Made by a program: the position numbers and the translations under genes. A stretch of DNA of 64,000 nucleotides from a virus (taxonomy: Duplodnaviria; Caudoviricetes), in IMG/VR virus record IMGVR_UViG_3300037421_000032, positions 451 to 64,450 of that record. One strand, 5' to 3'. Shown here piece after piece: positions 56,117-64,000 of this stretch. The notes below the pieces were generated by a model. It saw nothing but the letters and a program-made list of their open reading frames with translations. It had not been told where the DNA came from and did not search any database. Numbering within the stretch: the stretch's first letter is position 1; the number at the start of each line of letters is the position of its first letter.

Positions 56117-56292
56117 AGCTGCTGGAGACGAAACGCAATGTCACCTGCTACTGCGACTTCTGTGGCGCCTCTGATCGCGAGAGGTCCCTAATTGACGGCA
56201 AGCACGCCTTCATCTGTGAGGGATGTGTCCGTGAAGCAATCGCACTATTCGCACGCCGCGGCCTGCGCGTGGTGCCAATGAGTCGTACTTAG
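56113..56292 (+). CDS. ClpX C4-type zinc-finger-like small protein
   Basis: YCDFCG......LIDG..AFICEGCV; GGAGG RBS. Confidence 0.75.
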   Translation: MKLLETKRNVTCYCDFCGASDRERSLIDGKHAFICEGCVREAIALFARRGLRVVPMSRT

Positions 56293-56490
56293 ATGATTTA
56301 CTTTCGACGATACGGCTTTAAGATTGGCCGTCTACATGTGACATGGATTGATCTTTGGACGCGCGAACTTGGCTTGTGGGTTGAATGGGACCACAGCCCA
56401 TCGCAGGCTACTATAGATCGGTGGGAGGCTGAGGCAAAACGATTGTGGGATACATGGCGTGGGCGTAGCTAACAAGAGAACTAGTCGATC

Positions 56491-57174
56491 TCATGGAACG
56501 TGTTTTGTCAGTAACGCAATTAATGCGACGACCCCAACGACCATGCCTACAGCGCCAAAAATCCAACCTGTAAAGTCAGACACGCCCTTTCCGTGGCCCT
56601 CGCCACGATCCAATCGACCTTTGAGATCATCGATCTTGTCATTGGTCGCCTTGCTGTCGGAAATGAACAGCGTTTGAAGCTGCCGCAGGCTTTCCGCAGT
56701 CGCCTGCTCGCTTTTATTGATCGCCAGAGAGTTGGACTTGTTCTGCTCGCTCACAGCCTCCTTTTGCGCTGCAAACGCGGCGGTCACGGCAGTTTGCGCC
56801 GCGACGGTAAGCTGGTCGGTACGCTTATCCCGCTCGATGAACTGATTCGAGACGCCGGAAAACTTCTCATCCGTCACGATGGCGAGCTTATTGATCTCGC
56901 TTTTTAGCAATTCGCGCAGGGCTAGTGCGGATGCATCGATTTCCTCTTTCCGGTTATTTAGGGTCTCCTTCAATGTCATAGCATTAGACTCGACCCCATC
57001 AATTCGTATCATCACGACTTCGCGCAGGGCACTAATCTCTCGACGAAGCTGGTCGGTCGTCAGGGCGGTTGGGTCGGGGACTGGAACTAGCCGGCCGCCC
57101 GAACGGTAGCCACGGCGGCCATTATTATCGGCATCTTCTTCATCGAGCTGGGTGATTTGCCGTCGCGTCGCCAT
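56491..57174 (-). CDS. coiled-coil protein with a C-terminal TM anchor
   Basis: Heptad-rich; ends WIFGAVGMVVGVVALIALL; AGGAG RBS. Confidence 0.7.
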   Translation of the reverse strand: MATRRQITQLDEEDADNNGRRGYRSGGRLVPVPDPTALTTDQLRREISALREVVMIRIDGVESNAMTLKETLNNRKEEIDASALALRELLKSEINKLAIVTDEKFSGVSNQFIERDKRTDQLTVAAQTAVTAAFAAQKEAVSEQNKSNSLAINKSEQATAESLRQLQTLFISDSKATNDKIDDLKGRLDRGEGHGKGVSDFTGWIFGAVGMVVGVVALIALLTKHVP

Positions 57175-57335
57175 CTTGGATTTCTCCTATCCCGGCCACA
57201 GCATCATCGAGACTTTCGTCAGCAAAAGAGCGATGACAATGGCGCCCATAACCTCGACGAATATCTGCTCAAATGGCGAGAGTTTGCGCCACCAGTCGCG
57301 CCACCAAGCGAAGGCGCTAAGGGTTTGACGGCGGG

Positions 57336-57920
57336 TCATTTGGTAGGTTCCCCCTCCGCATCGTCCGCCTTGCCGTGGCCGATGCGTTCCTGCGCGCGCT
57401 TGCGGCCCGTGGGGTTCTGTGCGGCGCCGATCGCAGCGTCGAGGTCAGCGACCTGCTTCACAAACCCGGCGACTTCATCGTCGATCTGCGCCTCACGCCG
57501 CTTCATAATGTCGAGCGCGGTGCGGTCCTTGATCGTCTGCAAGGTCTGATCAACACCCGCCCGCTCAGCCTTGGCGCGATCTAATGAGTTCTGAATGACG
57601 ACCCGCTGCGTCTGCAATGACGTAACCTTGAGTTGGTCGCTATTGTCGTCGAGTTGGCCGGAAACTTTGTTGACGTTGCGCGAGACTTGGTTAACGAGTC
57701 GTAAGACCTCGGTCTTCGCCTTGACGATCTGGCCGTCCGTGTATTCGCGGGTTGCGAGCACCGGCCAGTCGAGCTTGACCCAAAGAAAAATGGCGCCCCC
57801 GATCGTCATGAAAATGCCGACGCCCGCGCTGATCCCCTTGCCGATCTGCCACAGCGTAAGCGGACGGCGCAGCGGATCGGCTTGCCGTTGTCCTCGCTTG
57901 CGTGCCGCTTTCTTCGCCAT
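57336..57920 (-). CDS. N-terminal TM plus coiled-coil protein (possible spanin-like)
   Basis: ISAGVGIFMTIGGAIFLW followed by a long helix. Confidence 0.6.
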   Translation of the reverse strand: MAKKAARKRGQRQADPLRRPLTLWQIGKGISAGVGIFMTIGGAIFLWVKLDWPVLATREYTDGQIVKAKTEVLRLVNQVSRNVNKVSGQLDDNSDQLKVTSLQTQRVVIQNSLDRAKAERAGVDQTLQTIKDRTALDIMKRREAQIDDEVAGFVKQVADLDAAIGAAQNPTGRKRAQERIGHGKADDAEGEPTK

Positions 57921-57987
57921 GGCGATTCGCCCTCACAATGCCATTATTGGAGCCTGATCGCCATGCCTCTGTAGGTCGCAATTCACA

Positions 57988-58026
57988 CAAAAAAATCGGC
58001 CACCGGAGGGGGCTCCGATGGCCGAC
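57988..58026 (-). terminator. rho-independent terminator after the OMP gene
   Basis: TCGGCCATCGGAG-CCCC-CTCCGGTGGCCGA followed by TTTTTTT on the minus strand; preceded by a second hairpin. Confidence 0.8.
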
Positions 58027-58064
58027 TGTCGCTGCTGGGGGAAAGGCAGCGACGGGGATCGGTT

Positions 58065-58916
58065 TTACTTCGATGCGAGTGTGATCCCGCCCGGCGAGAA
58101 CATATACCGCAACTCGACGGCATAGAGGTTCCCCATGGTGGTCGTCCCGGTGAACTTCGCGCCGGCCGCCGGGTCGAACACGTTGGAGAATTCCAGGCCG
58201 TTCTTGGCTAATACGATCTTGCCGCTCACGTCGAACACGCCGCCGGTCGGAGTGCCGGCCGAGTTGAGCTGTTGCCACAGGGCGCCGATTCGCACGCGCG
58301 GTGCCCATACGACATCGGCACCACCGACCCCGCCGAAGTTGCCGCTCACTCCAAACGCCTCGAAACCTGCGCCAATGTAGGTTCGCGGAGCTGCCGCGAC
58401 GTGCGCGCCGGGTGGCGGGACCGGATTGAACGTCGGGAAGCTGATACTCCCGAGGCCGATGTTGCCGGCCGCGTTGGCAAGCAGGGTCATCGGATCGACC
58501 GACCCGCCTACCCTTGCTTCGCAACCGGCGGACCAGCGGCTTGCCACGCTCGCAACCCCGATCGTGCTGCCGCCCGGCATGACCGCCGTCACGTCGCCGC
58601 TGGAGATGTTGCGGTAGCTCGCGTCGCACTCGCCCGCGTACCAGTGTGCGGCCGAACCCTTCATGTAGCCGACGACACCGCCGATGTAGCCGCCGTCAGA
58701 CTTGACGTTGCCGGACACAAGGCTGTTGAGCCCGAGCGCGCTGGTCGAGGTATTGGCGACCGCGGCCCCGGATTCCAGGCCCACGTAGAGGCCGCCAGTG
58801 TCCCAGAGAGTGGCCGGCGTGATCGGGGCCTTGGTGATGAGCGCCGGCAGATCCGCAGCCCCAGCGGCGCCCGCAGCCAGCGCAAGCAGTATTCCAGTGA
58901 TGATAGTCCGTTTCAT
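58065..58916 (-). CDS. outer-membrane beta-barrel protein (Omp25/31-like)
   Basis: Signal peptide then ADLPALITKAP...GLYVG...GGYIGG.VGY; near-terminal LRYMF strand. Confidence 0.75.
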   Translation of the reverse strand: MKRTIITGILLALAAGAAGAADLPALITKAPITPATLWDTGGLYVGLESGAAVANTSTSALGLNSLVSGNVKSDGGYIGGVVGYMKGSAAHWYAGECDASYRNISSGDVTAVMPGGSTIGVASVASRWSAGCEARVGGSVDPMTLLANAAGNIGLGSISFPTFNPVPPPGAHVAAAPRTYIGAGFEAFGVSGNFGGVGGADVVWAPRVRIGALWQQLNSAGTPTGGVFDVSGKIVLAKNGLEFSNVFDPAAGAKFTGTTTMGNLYAVELRYMFSPGGITLASK

Positions 58917-59037
58917 CGTTCGTCCCTCCTGTTCCGCCCCCTTGGCGGTAGGGACATTGGGCGCGCTTGCGCGCGCAAAGGCAAGGTAGCGACGACAATG
59001 GAATTGCAATGTTTTTACAGTGTGGCTTTTGGGCAAC

Positions 59038-59062
59038 AGAAAACCTCAGCCGAAGCTGGGGG
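59038..59062 (-). terminator. rho-independent terminator ending the lysis/membrane operon
   Basis: CCCCAGC-TTCG-GCTGAGG-TTTTCT on the minus strand. Confidence 0.65.
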
Positions 59063-59197
59063 TCAGATATTCACCCACCAAAGCATTAGCGGTCGCTCGA
59101 TTGCCCTGTAGACTATGATCGTGGTCGCCATCAGCGACATGGCGAGAACGAGAACGATCACCACCTTGACGGCCTGGATGGCGGCGTCAGGAATCAT
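59063..59197 (-). CDS. small TM protein (44 aa)
   Basis: Hand translation MIPDAAIQAVKVVIVLVLAMSLMATTIIVYRAIERPLMLWWVNI. Confidence 0.5.
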   Translation of the reverse strand: MIPDAAIQAVKVVIVLVLAMSLMATTIIVYRAIERPLMLWWVNI

Positions 59198-59410
59198 CAG
59201 CAACCGTCCCCTTTGCAGATTCCAATCGCACGGTCTATGCGGTCCTGCTCGCGCCAGAACTCGCGTTCGCGTTCCGCGCGAGCGGGGTCGTCTTGCGACG
59301 TTTTTGGCCTATTCAAGTACTGATCGCGCCGATACTCGCGCTCGCTATTGGCGCGATCGGTCTTCTGTTGAATCGTCTCGTATGACGGGGCGCCCGCCCC
59401 CGTCTGCGCG

Positions 59411-59587
59411 TCACTGAATGGGGCTTCCGAACAAGCGCCAGCCGAGCAGGCCCACGAGGATGAACAGCACACCCCAAGAGCCAAAGGCACCCATGCGGCC
59501 GCGATCGGCGCCCCAAGGGCCAAGGCCCCATATACCGAACACACCCACTAAAACGTATATGAGCCAGAACCATATATTCGCGCCCAT
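59411..59587 (-). CDS. small 2-TM membrane protein
   Basis: MGANIWFWLIYVLVGVFGIWG...LFILVGLLGWRLFG; GGAG RBS. Confidence 0.7.
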   Translation of the reverse strand: MGANIWFWLIYVLVGVFGIWGLGPWGADRGRMGAFGSWGVLFILVGLLGWRLFGSPIQ

Positions 59588-59681
59588 GTGAGTCTCCGTT
59601 GTTCGAGTTAGCGAGGAACCGCCAGTAGCAACAACGTCGCCACGACCAGCGGCAACATCAGTTGTTCGAACTGCCAAGGCA

Positions 59682-59831
59682 TTACAGCCTTCCCGTCAAG
59701 AGCAAAACCACGAGCACGATAAGTAAGATGCCAACGATCCCGATTCCCCCGCCGCCGATGTGGCCGCCATAGTAGCCGGCGCCACCACCGAATAGAAGGA
59801 TCAGGATAATAATGAGTACAACCAGGTTCAT
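59682..59831 (-). CDS. DUF3309-like small membrane protein (49 aa)
   Basis: Hand translation MNLVVLIIILILLFGGGAGYYGGHIGGGGIGIVGILLIVLVVLLLTGRL; GAGG RBS. Confidence 0.75.
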   Translation of the reverse strand: MNLVVLIIILILLFGGGAGYYGGHIGGGGIGIVGILLIVLVVLLLTGRL

Positions 59832-59881
59832 GCGGTCCTCTCGGTCCTATGGTAACGCGCTGCTACCTCGATTGGTTCCGC

Positions 59882-60229
59882 TCAGCCGCCCGCGCTCGCG
59901 CGGTCCATCCAAGCCTTTTCGTCCGCTGAGAGTGTGCCAGGCGCGACAAGCGCCTTGGCGACGATGTGCTTGCCTACGACCCGCGGCGGATCGACGTTCT
60001 CTCCCTCCGCGACGGGAGGCGACGCGCCGGCCGCCTTTACCAAGTCCGCCGTCACGGCCTCAAGATGCGGAATGATAGTCGGATCGGTCTTTTCGATTGC
60101 CTCGACTGCCTTGCCGCTGGTGGCGGCAAGGTCGGCAACCTTGTCACCGTGCGCGAGCAGGAACTTTGCGATCGGCACGTACTTGGCCGCGCCTGGAATA
60201 AGCCCGATCAGGTTGATGAGGGGGATCAT
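59882..60229 (-). CDS. lysis-module hypothetical protein
   Basis: ATGA-coupled to the holin-like gene. Confidence 0.6.
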   Translation of the reverse strand: MIPLINLIGLIPGAAKYVPIAKFLLAHGDKVADLAATSGKAVEAIEKTDPTIIPHLEAVTADLVKAAGASPPVAEGENVDPPRVVGKHIVAKALVAPGTLSADEKAWMDRASAGG

Positions 60230-60552
60230 GCGGCCGGTCTCGTGGCTTGAACGACCGGCGCGGGCGCGACCATCTGCACGGCGGGCACGGTCGGATCGGC
60301 CGCCACCGCCTTGACCGCGGGCGAGGCGGTCGCGTCGATCTTGACCGTTGCACCCTGGACCGCCGCCGCGGCGATGACCGCGCTGGAGTCCGTGTGAACC
60401 TTGGCGGACCAGGCCGCGACGCCTGCCGTCGCGAGCGAAGCGAGAATGATGTTCCAAGTGTCCGTGTCGAAGAACGCTCCCTTGGCCGCGAGATAGGCGG
60501 CAAGCGCCGGGATAACGGCGCGCAGGATGCCGGCGAGCTGACTTGAGTTCAT
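60226..60552 (-). CDS. putative holin
   Basis: QLAGILRAVIPALAAYLAAKG...IILASLATAGVAAWS; 2 TM segments; downstream of the endolysin. Confidence 0.65.
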   Translation of the reverse strand: MNSSQLAGILRAVIPALAAYLAAKGAFFDTDTWNIILASLATAGVAAWSAKVHTDSSAVIAAAAVQGATVKIDATASPAVKAVAADPTVPAVQMVAPAPVVQATRPAA

Positions 60553-61241
60553 GTGCTTTTCCTTTCGAGGACAGCATAAGCGGCGGCGATGTCGGCGTGA
60601 TCGGCGCCGAGCGAATGGCCCGTGAAGATGACCTCATCGACGTCCGCGATCAAGGGTTTGATCGCCGCCCAGGCGGCGTCCATCCCGATCACGAAGCCTT
60701 CCCACATGCGCCCGAGCCGGTCGTGCATGATGAGGCGCGTGAGCAAAGCCGGAACGTCGAAGCCGGTCAGATCGCGCAGCCAATCGAATAGGTCGTCGGA
60801 TCCACGGAAGACGACGAAGGAGCGCCGGCCCTGGCGGCGGATAGCCCACACAACGCCGACCGTCGAACTGCTCGCATCCCACGCTTCGGGAGGCGTGCCC
60901 GGCTTGGCGTAGATCGCGTTGCAGAGTCGCGCGGCCTCGACATGCGCGGGATCGATTCCGGCCGCCTGCGTGCCGGCAACGTAAAGAGGGGCATGATGCC
61001 AGCGGAAGATTCCGAGCCCGTCGTTATCCGGCGGATCCGCGCGGACGAACGCAAGCGGCGTCGGATGCACGAAGTCAAGCCCGAGCGCCGGGACCGCGAG
61101 TGGAAAGTCCGTCACCCGATCGTGCCCGAGCGGACCTGACCGATTACAGTAGGCGACGCTCTCATCAAGCCCTTTGAGGATATCGGCAAATTGCTGCATT
61201 CCTGGCAGGGCTTCCCCGAAGACGATGCGACGCAGGATCAT
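60549..61241 (-). CDS. class-3 lipase-like alpha/beta hydrolase, circularly permuted
   Basis: VVFRGS..DW..D and FTGHSLG lie near the C-terminus; FG..PG..FA, DRVTDFP, FVHP and WHH..Y lie near the N-terminus. Confidence 0.8.
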   Translation of the reverse strand: MILRRIVFGEALPGMQQFADILKGLDESVAYCNRSGPLGHDRVTDFPLAVPALGLDFVHPTPLAFVRADPPDNDGLGIFRWHHAPLYVAGTQAAGIDPAHVEAARLCNAIYAKPGTPPEAWDASSSTVGVVWAIRRQGRRSFVVFRGSDDLFDWLRDLTGFDVPALLTRLIMHDRLGRMWEGFVIGMDAAWAAIKPLIADVDEVIFTGHSLGADHADIAAAYAVLERKST

Positions 61242-61789
61242 GCGGTCGGCACCATCTTGAGCGCCGCGGCCTCGATTTCTTCCGAGCGGCGAATCCAATC
61301 TTTGCCGAAGCGGCCGAATGTGGAGATCATCCGATAGACCGCCTCGCGTCGGGCTGTAAACGCCTTGATTTCGTCGGCGTCGACAATTTTCGCCGCCGCC
61401 GCTTCGGTCAGCGGCCCCCATTGCCCATCGGCTGGAATGCCGAGCGTATACTGCATGATCTTGATCGCCTCGAATGACCCCTGGTTGACGGCGTCGTCGA
61501 AGAACACAAGGTCGAAGCCCGGCGGGAGCTTAGGACAATGAGGCTCCCAATAGCTCGTGCGATAGATCGTGAAGCCTTCATCCTGCGTCATCTGACGCAC
61601 ATCACGCACAGGCAGTCCCTGTGCTTTACGCCAATGGTCATATTCTCTCTGAATGATGCCGTTGAAGGTCTTACCCCCTGGGTCGCCGGGATCGTTGCTG
61701 AAATTTCTCGGGTTGCTCCAGTCTTGCGGAACGGGAGCTTCTTGTCGAAGCGTGAAGGGAAGGCAGATTAGGAAGCGGTCCTCGGCCAT
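61238..61789 (-). CDS. endolysin, glycosyl hydrolase family 108
   Basis: E...FSNDPGDPGGKTFNGI...IYRTSYW...FDDAVNQG...DG.WGP.T...FGKDW.RR. Confidence 0.9.
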   Translation of the reverse strand: MAEDRFLICLPFTLRQEAPVPQDWSNPRNFSNDPGDPGGKTFNGIIQREYDHWRKAQGLPVRDVRQMTQDEGFTIYRTSYWEPHCPKLPPGFDLVFFDDAVNQGSFEAIKIMQYTLGIPADGQWGPLTEAAAAKIVDADEIKAFTARREAVYRMISTFGRFGKDWIRRSEEIEAAALKMVPTA

Positions 61790-61799
61790 GCGCTACTCC

Positions 61800-62036
61800 C
61801 TATTTCTCGATCTTCGGCAGTTGCGAGGGCTGTACGTTGGACTCAAGTTCCTTGATCCGAGCCTGTAACTGCTCAATCTGCTTGTTCGCCCCGATCAATT
61901 GCTGTGTGCACTGTAACCCGGCGTTTATTTCCTGCATGAGTTTGGAGCCCAGCGCCTGCTCGGCAGGGGACTGCTGTGGTTGCTGCGCCAAGGCAGGGGT
62001 GATCGATAATAGAAATACCAATGGTGAGTATTTCAT
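61800..62036 (-). CDS. small secreted coiled-coil protein (possible fibre chaperone or spanin part)
   Basis: MKYSPLVFLLSITPALA|QQ; IEQLQARIKELES; TGATG-coupled to the fibre gene. Confidence 0.65.
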   Translation of the reverse strand: MKYSPLVFLLSITPALAQQPQQSPAEQALGSKLMQEINAGLQCTQQLIGANKQIEQLQARIKELESNVQPSQLPKIEK

Positions 62037-64000
62037 CAGCAAGTTCCTCCTGTCTTGATCCCGCCTGTAAATATCAATGTGCAGTCTGCCGCCCCGCCTG
62101 CTGCCCGAACGGTCGTTGTCACAGTCTGCCCGTTGTTGCCCGCCGCAACAAATTTAACGTTCGCACTGATACTTCCGATGCCGGGATCGGTCAGCGTGCC
62201 GACGCCGACGCCACCGCTTGGGAAGAAGCGTGTCGAGATGTTAATGCCGAGAGTCGTAAGTGGCGTCGTATAGACATCCAAGGCAGCGCCGCCGGCTGTC
62301 GATGACCATGTTTCTTGAGCGGTTGAGACAATACCGGACCCATTATAGTAGACGGTTCCGAAGCCGTACCAGAAGTTCGATCCAAGAATATCCCCACTCT
62401 GCGTCGCGGTCGGACTGGCAATTGTTCCCCGAGACGCGAAATAGTTTACGGAGTTTGATGCGCCTGTTCCAGCGGCGAACATCGCGATTCTCGTTGGAGC
62501 ACCGTCCACATTGGCTATCGCGGCAACAATGTTGGAGCCTAAGCCAGCCGGGTTGCTTGGTAGGGTGCCGGAGTTAGCACTCGCACTGATGAAATAGACC
62601 GGCGCCGTCGATCCAAACATGACGCCGCTGTTATTGATAGTCGCAACAGTCGTAGCGCCGTTATTGCCGCGCTTGAACACGAACGCATCGGTTGTGCCGT
62701 TGCCGGTCGTGGTCTGGAAGGTCAGTTGTGTCCCGGTCGTTCCGCTGCCGCCAATAAGCAGCGGCGACGTGACAGAGACTGGACCGGACAGCGCCCCCGC
62801 CTGGGTGAGTACAAGCCGCGCGACATTGCCGTTCGCGTCGCTATTCAGAATTTGATAAGTGTCCGTGGCCCCGGCGTTCTGCGCGTACCAGACATTATTT
62901 CCTCCGTCTTGGTAAGCCATATTAGCGTTCTTGCCGGAAGGAGCGTTCAAATTCAGGCTCGAATTATTCGCGACGGCGCCGGAAAGGTGGAACGAGACGA
63001 CGGGGACATAGCCGCCAGCGTTGAGCTGCGCTGAAAATACGAGGACATTATCAAGCGACGTTGAGGTTCCCTGTCTCGGCTGCAACTCTGCAATCCAATC
63101 CAACGCCTGCGACGCGGCGGCGGTCGTATTCCAGACCTGGCCGATCCAATGTGCGCGGGGGGACCATTGCTGTGCATTATTCGCAGCAGCAGTCAGGTTC
63201 TCCAAGACGAGGCGATCCGTCGAGACTGCGCCAATGTTGGCACCCAAACTCGTGATGAGTCCCGAGGGGGCGATGGAGACATTCGGCGCGTTGATGATAT
63301 TACCACTGATCGTGAAGTTCGTCAGGTCGAGGATATGGTTGATCGGAGTTGCCGCCGTGTCGGCGGACAGGAATGTCGATGTGCTTGCGGTCGGGAACTG
63401 ACCGTATAGCTTCGACAGAGAGATAATATTTTTCCATTCACCTCCAGCGGTATTGCTAGCAGCGAGAATGGCCGCGTCCAAAGTGGCGGCAACCCCGTTT
63501 TTTGTGTTGGTGATTGACACGCCGATGCGCCGGGTCGGGTTAACCCCCGAGGTTGTTCCTACGTCCAACTCGATGCCATACGCACCTGTCCCCGAATAGC
63601 CGGTGTCAATGAGCGCGAATCCCACGAGGCCGAACATCGCCCCGCTAGTCTGTGTCAAATTTCCATAGACGGACCCAACGGCGCCGGTCATGTCGCCGGT
63701 CTGCCCGGATGCCTGCTGGCGCAGGGCAAACAATCCGGCCTCCTGTCCCTGCCCATTCGCGCCGCTCACGGCGTAATTGACCCGCAATGCAGCAGCGTTC
63801 GAGTTCAACAGGCCGAAGCTGTCGCTCCCCCCCGAGCCCGACGTGTTGCCGCCGTAGGACGTGATGTTGACGAGGTTAAAGGAAAATGGGCCGCTGAGAC
63901 TACCGCTTGCTGGCCCGCTTTGTGTGACATTGAGCGCCCGAGTTGGGCTAAGCGCACCTGGCGACAGAGATAAAGTGCCAGCCTGCGTCATCGAGAGCAG
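62036..64000 (-). CDS. 3' part of a large tail fibre/adhesin-like protein (open at the window edge)
   Basis: Gly/Thr/Ser/Asn-rich beta repeats, SRGT.ASPTATQSGD.LG, C-terminal CTLIFTGGIKTGGTC. Shares a repeat with 1..343. Confidence 0.75.
   Translation of the reverse strand: MLSMTQAGTLSLSPGALSPTRALNVTQSGPASGSLSGPFSFNLVNITSYGGNTSGSGGSDSFGLLNSNAAALRVNYAVSGANGQGQEAGLFALRQQASGQTGDMTGAVGSVYGNLTQTSGAMFGLVGFALIDTGYSGTGAYGIELDVGTTSGVNPTRRIGVSITNTKNGVAATLDAAILAASNTAGGEWKNIISLSKLYGQFPTASTSTFLSADTAATPINHILDLTNFTISGNIINAPNVSIAPSGLITSLGANIGAVSTDRLVLENLTAAANNAQQWSPRAHWIGQVWNTTAAASQALDWIAELQPRQGTSTSLDNVLVFSAQLNAGGYVPVVSFHLSGAVANNSSLNLNAPSGKNANMAYQDGGNNVWYAQNAGATDTYQILNSDANGNVARLVLTQAGALSGPVSVTSPLLIGGSGTTGTQLTFQTTTGNGTTDAFVFKRGNNGATTVATINNSGVMFGSTAPVYFISASANSGTLPSNPAGLGSNIVAAIANVDGAPTRIAMFAAGTGASNSVNYFASRGTIASPTATQSGDILGSNFWYGFGTVYYNGSGIVSTAQETWSSTAGGAALDVYTTPLTTLGINISTRFFPSGGVGVGTLTDPGIGSISANVKFVAAGNNGQTVTTTVRAAGGAADCTLIFTGGIKTGGTC

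Noticed and set aside
60549-61241. Truncated lipase pseudogene
   Set aside because: The apparently missing Asp/His half is present at the N-terminus, and the gene is coupled on both sides.
1-64000. Diversity-generating retroelement, suggested by the BPP-1-like head genes
   Set aside because: No reverse-transcriptase motifs and no adenine-specific TR/VR pair were seen. The 1-100 versus 63146-63240 similarity differs at all base types.

Overview
This window is a nearly complete, probably circular ~64-kb podovirus genome with a BPP-1/GP4/T7-like head-tail module. It is high in GC, and a Hyphomicrobiales (Alphaproteobacteria) host is inferred from an Omp25/31-like gene. The minus strand from 42.8 kb to base 1 carries a replication initiator, TerS, TerL, portal, Bbp19, scaffold, major capsid, cement and staple proteins, tail tubes A/B, ejectosome proteins and a tail fibre. 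The last gene of this run appears to wrap around to 64,000-62,036 and is followed by a lysis/membrane module (62-56.5 kb). The 43-56.5 kb region holds early/accessory genes, two DNA methyltransferases and nucleases. No integrase, reverse transcriptase, tRNA or CRISPR array was seen. Four observations stand out. (1) About 12 late genes, including the T7-gp17-type tail fibre itself, begin with Sec-type signal peptides and most are Cys-rich, suggesting tail fibres/decoration that are exported and folded in the periplasm. (2) A circularly permuted class-3 lipase (Asp-His before Ser) is coupled between endolysin and holin. (3) Small ORFs copy the terminal motifs of capsid, terminase and scaffold. 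(4) The C5-methyltransferase has motif IX in an overlapping reading frame. All family calls come from motif recognition by eye; no database searches were run.
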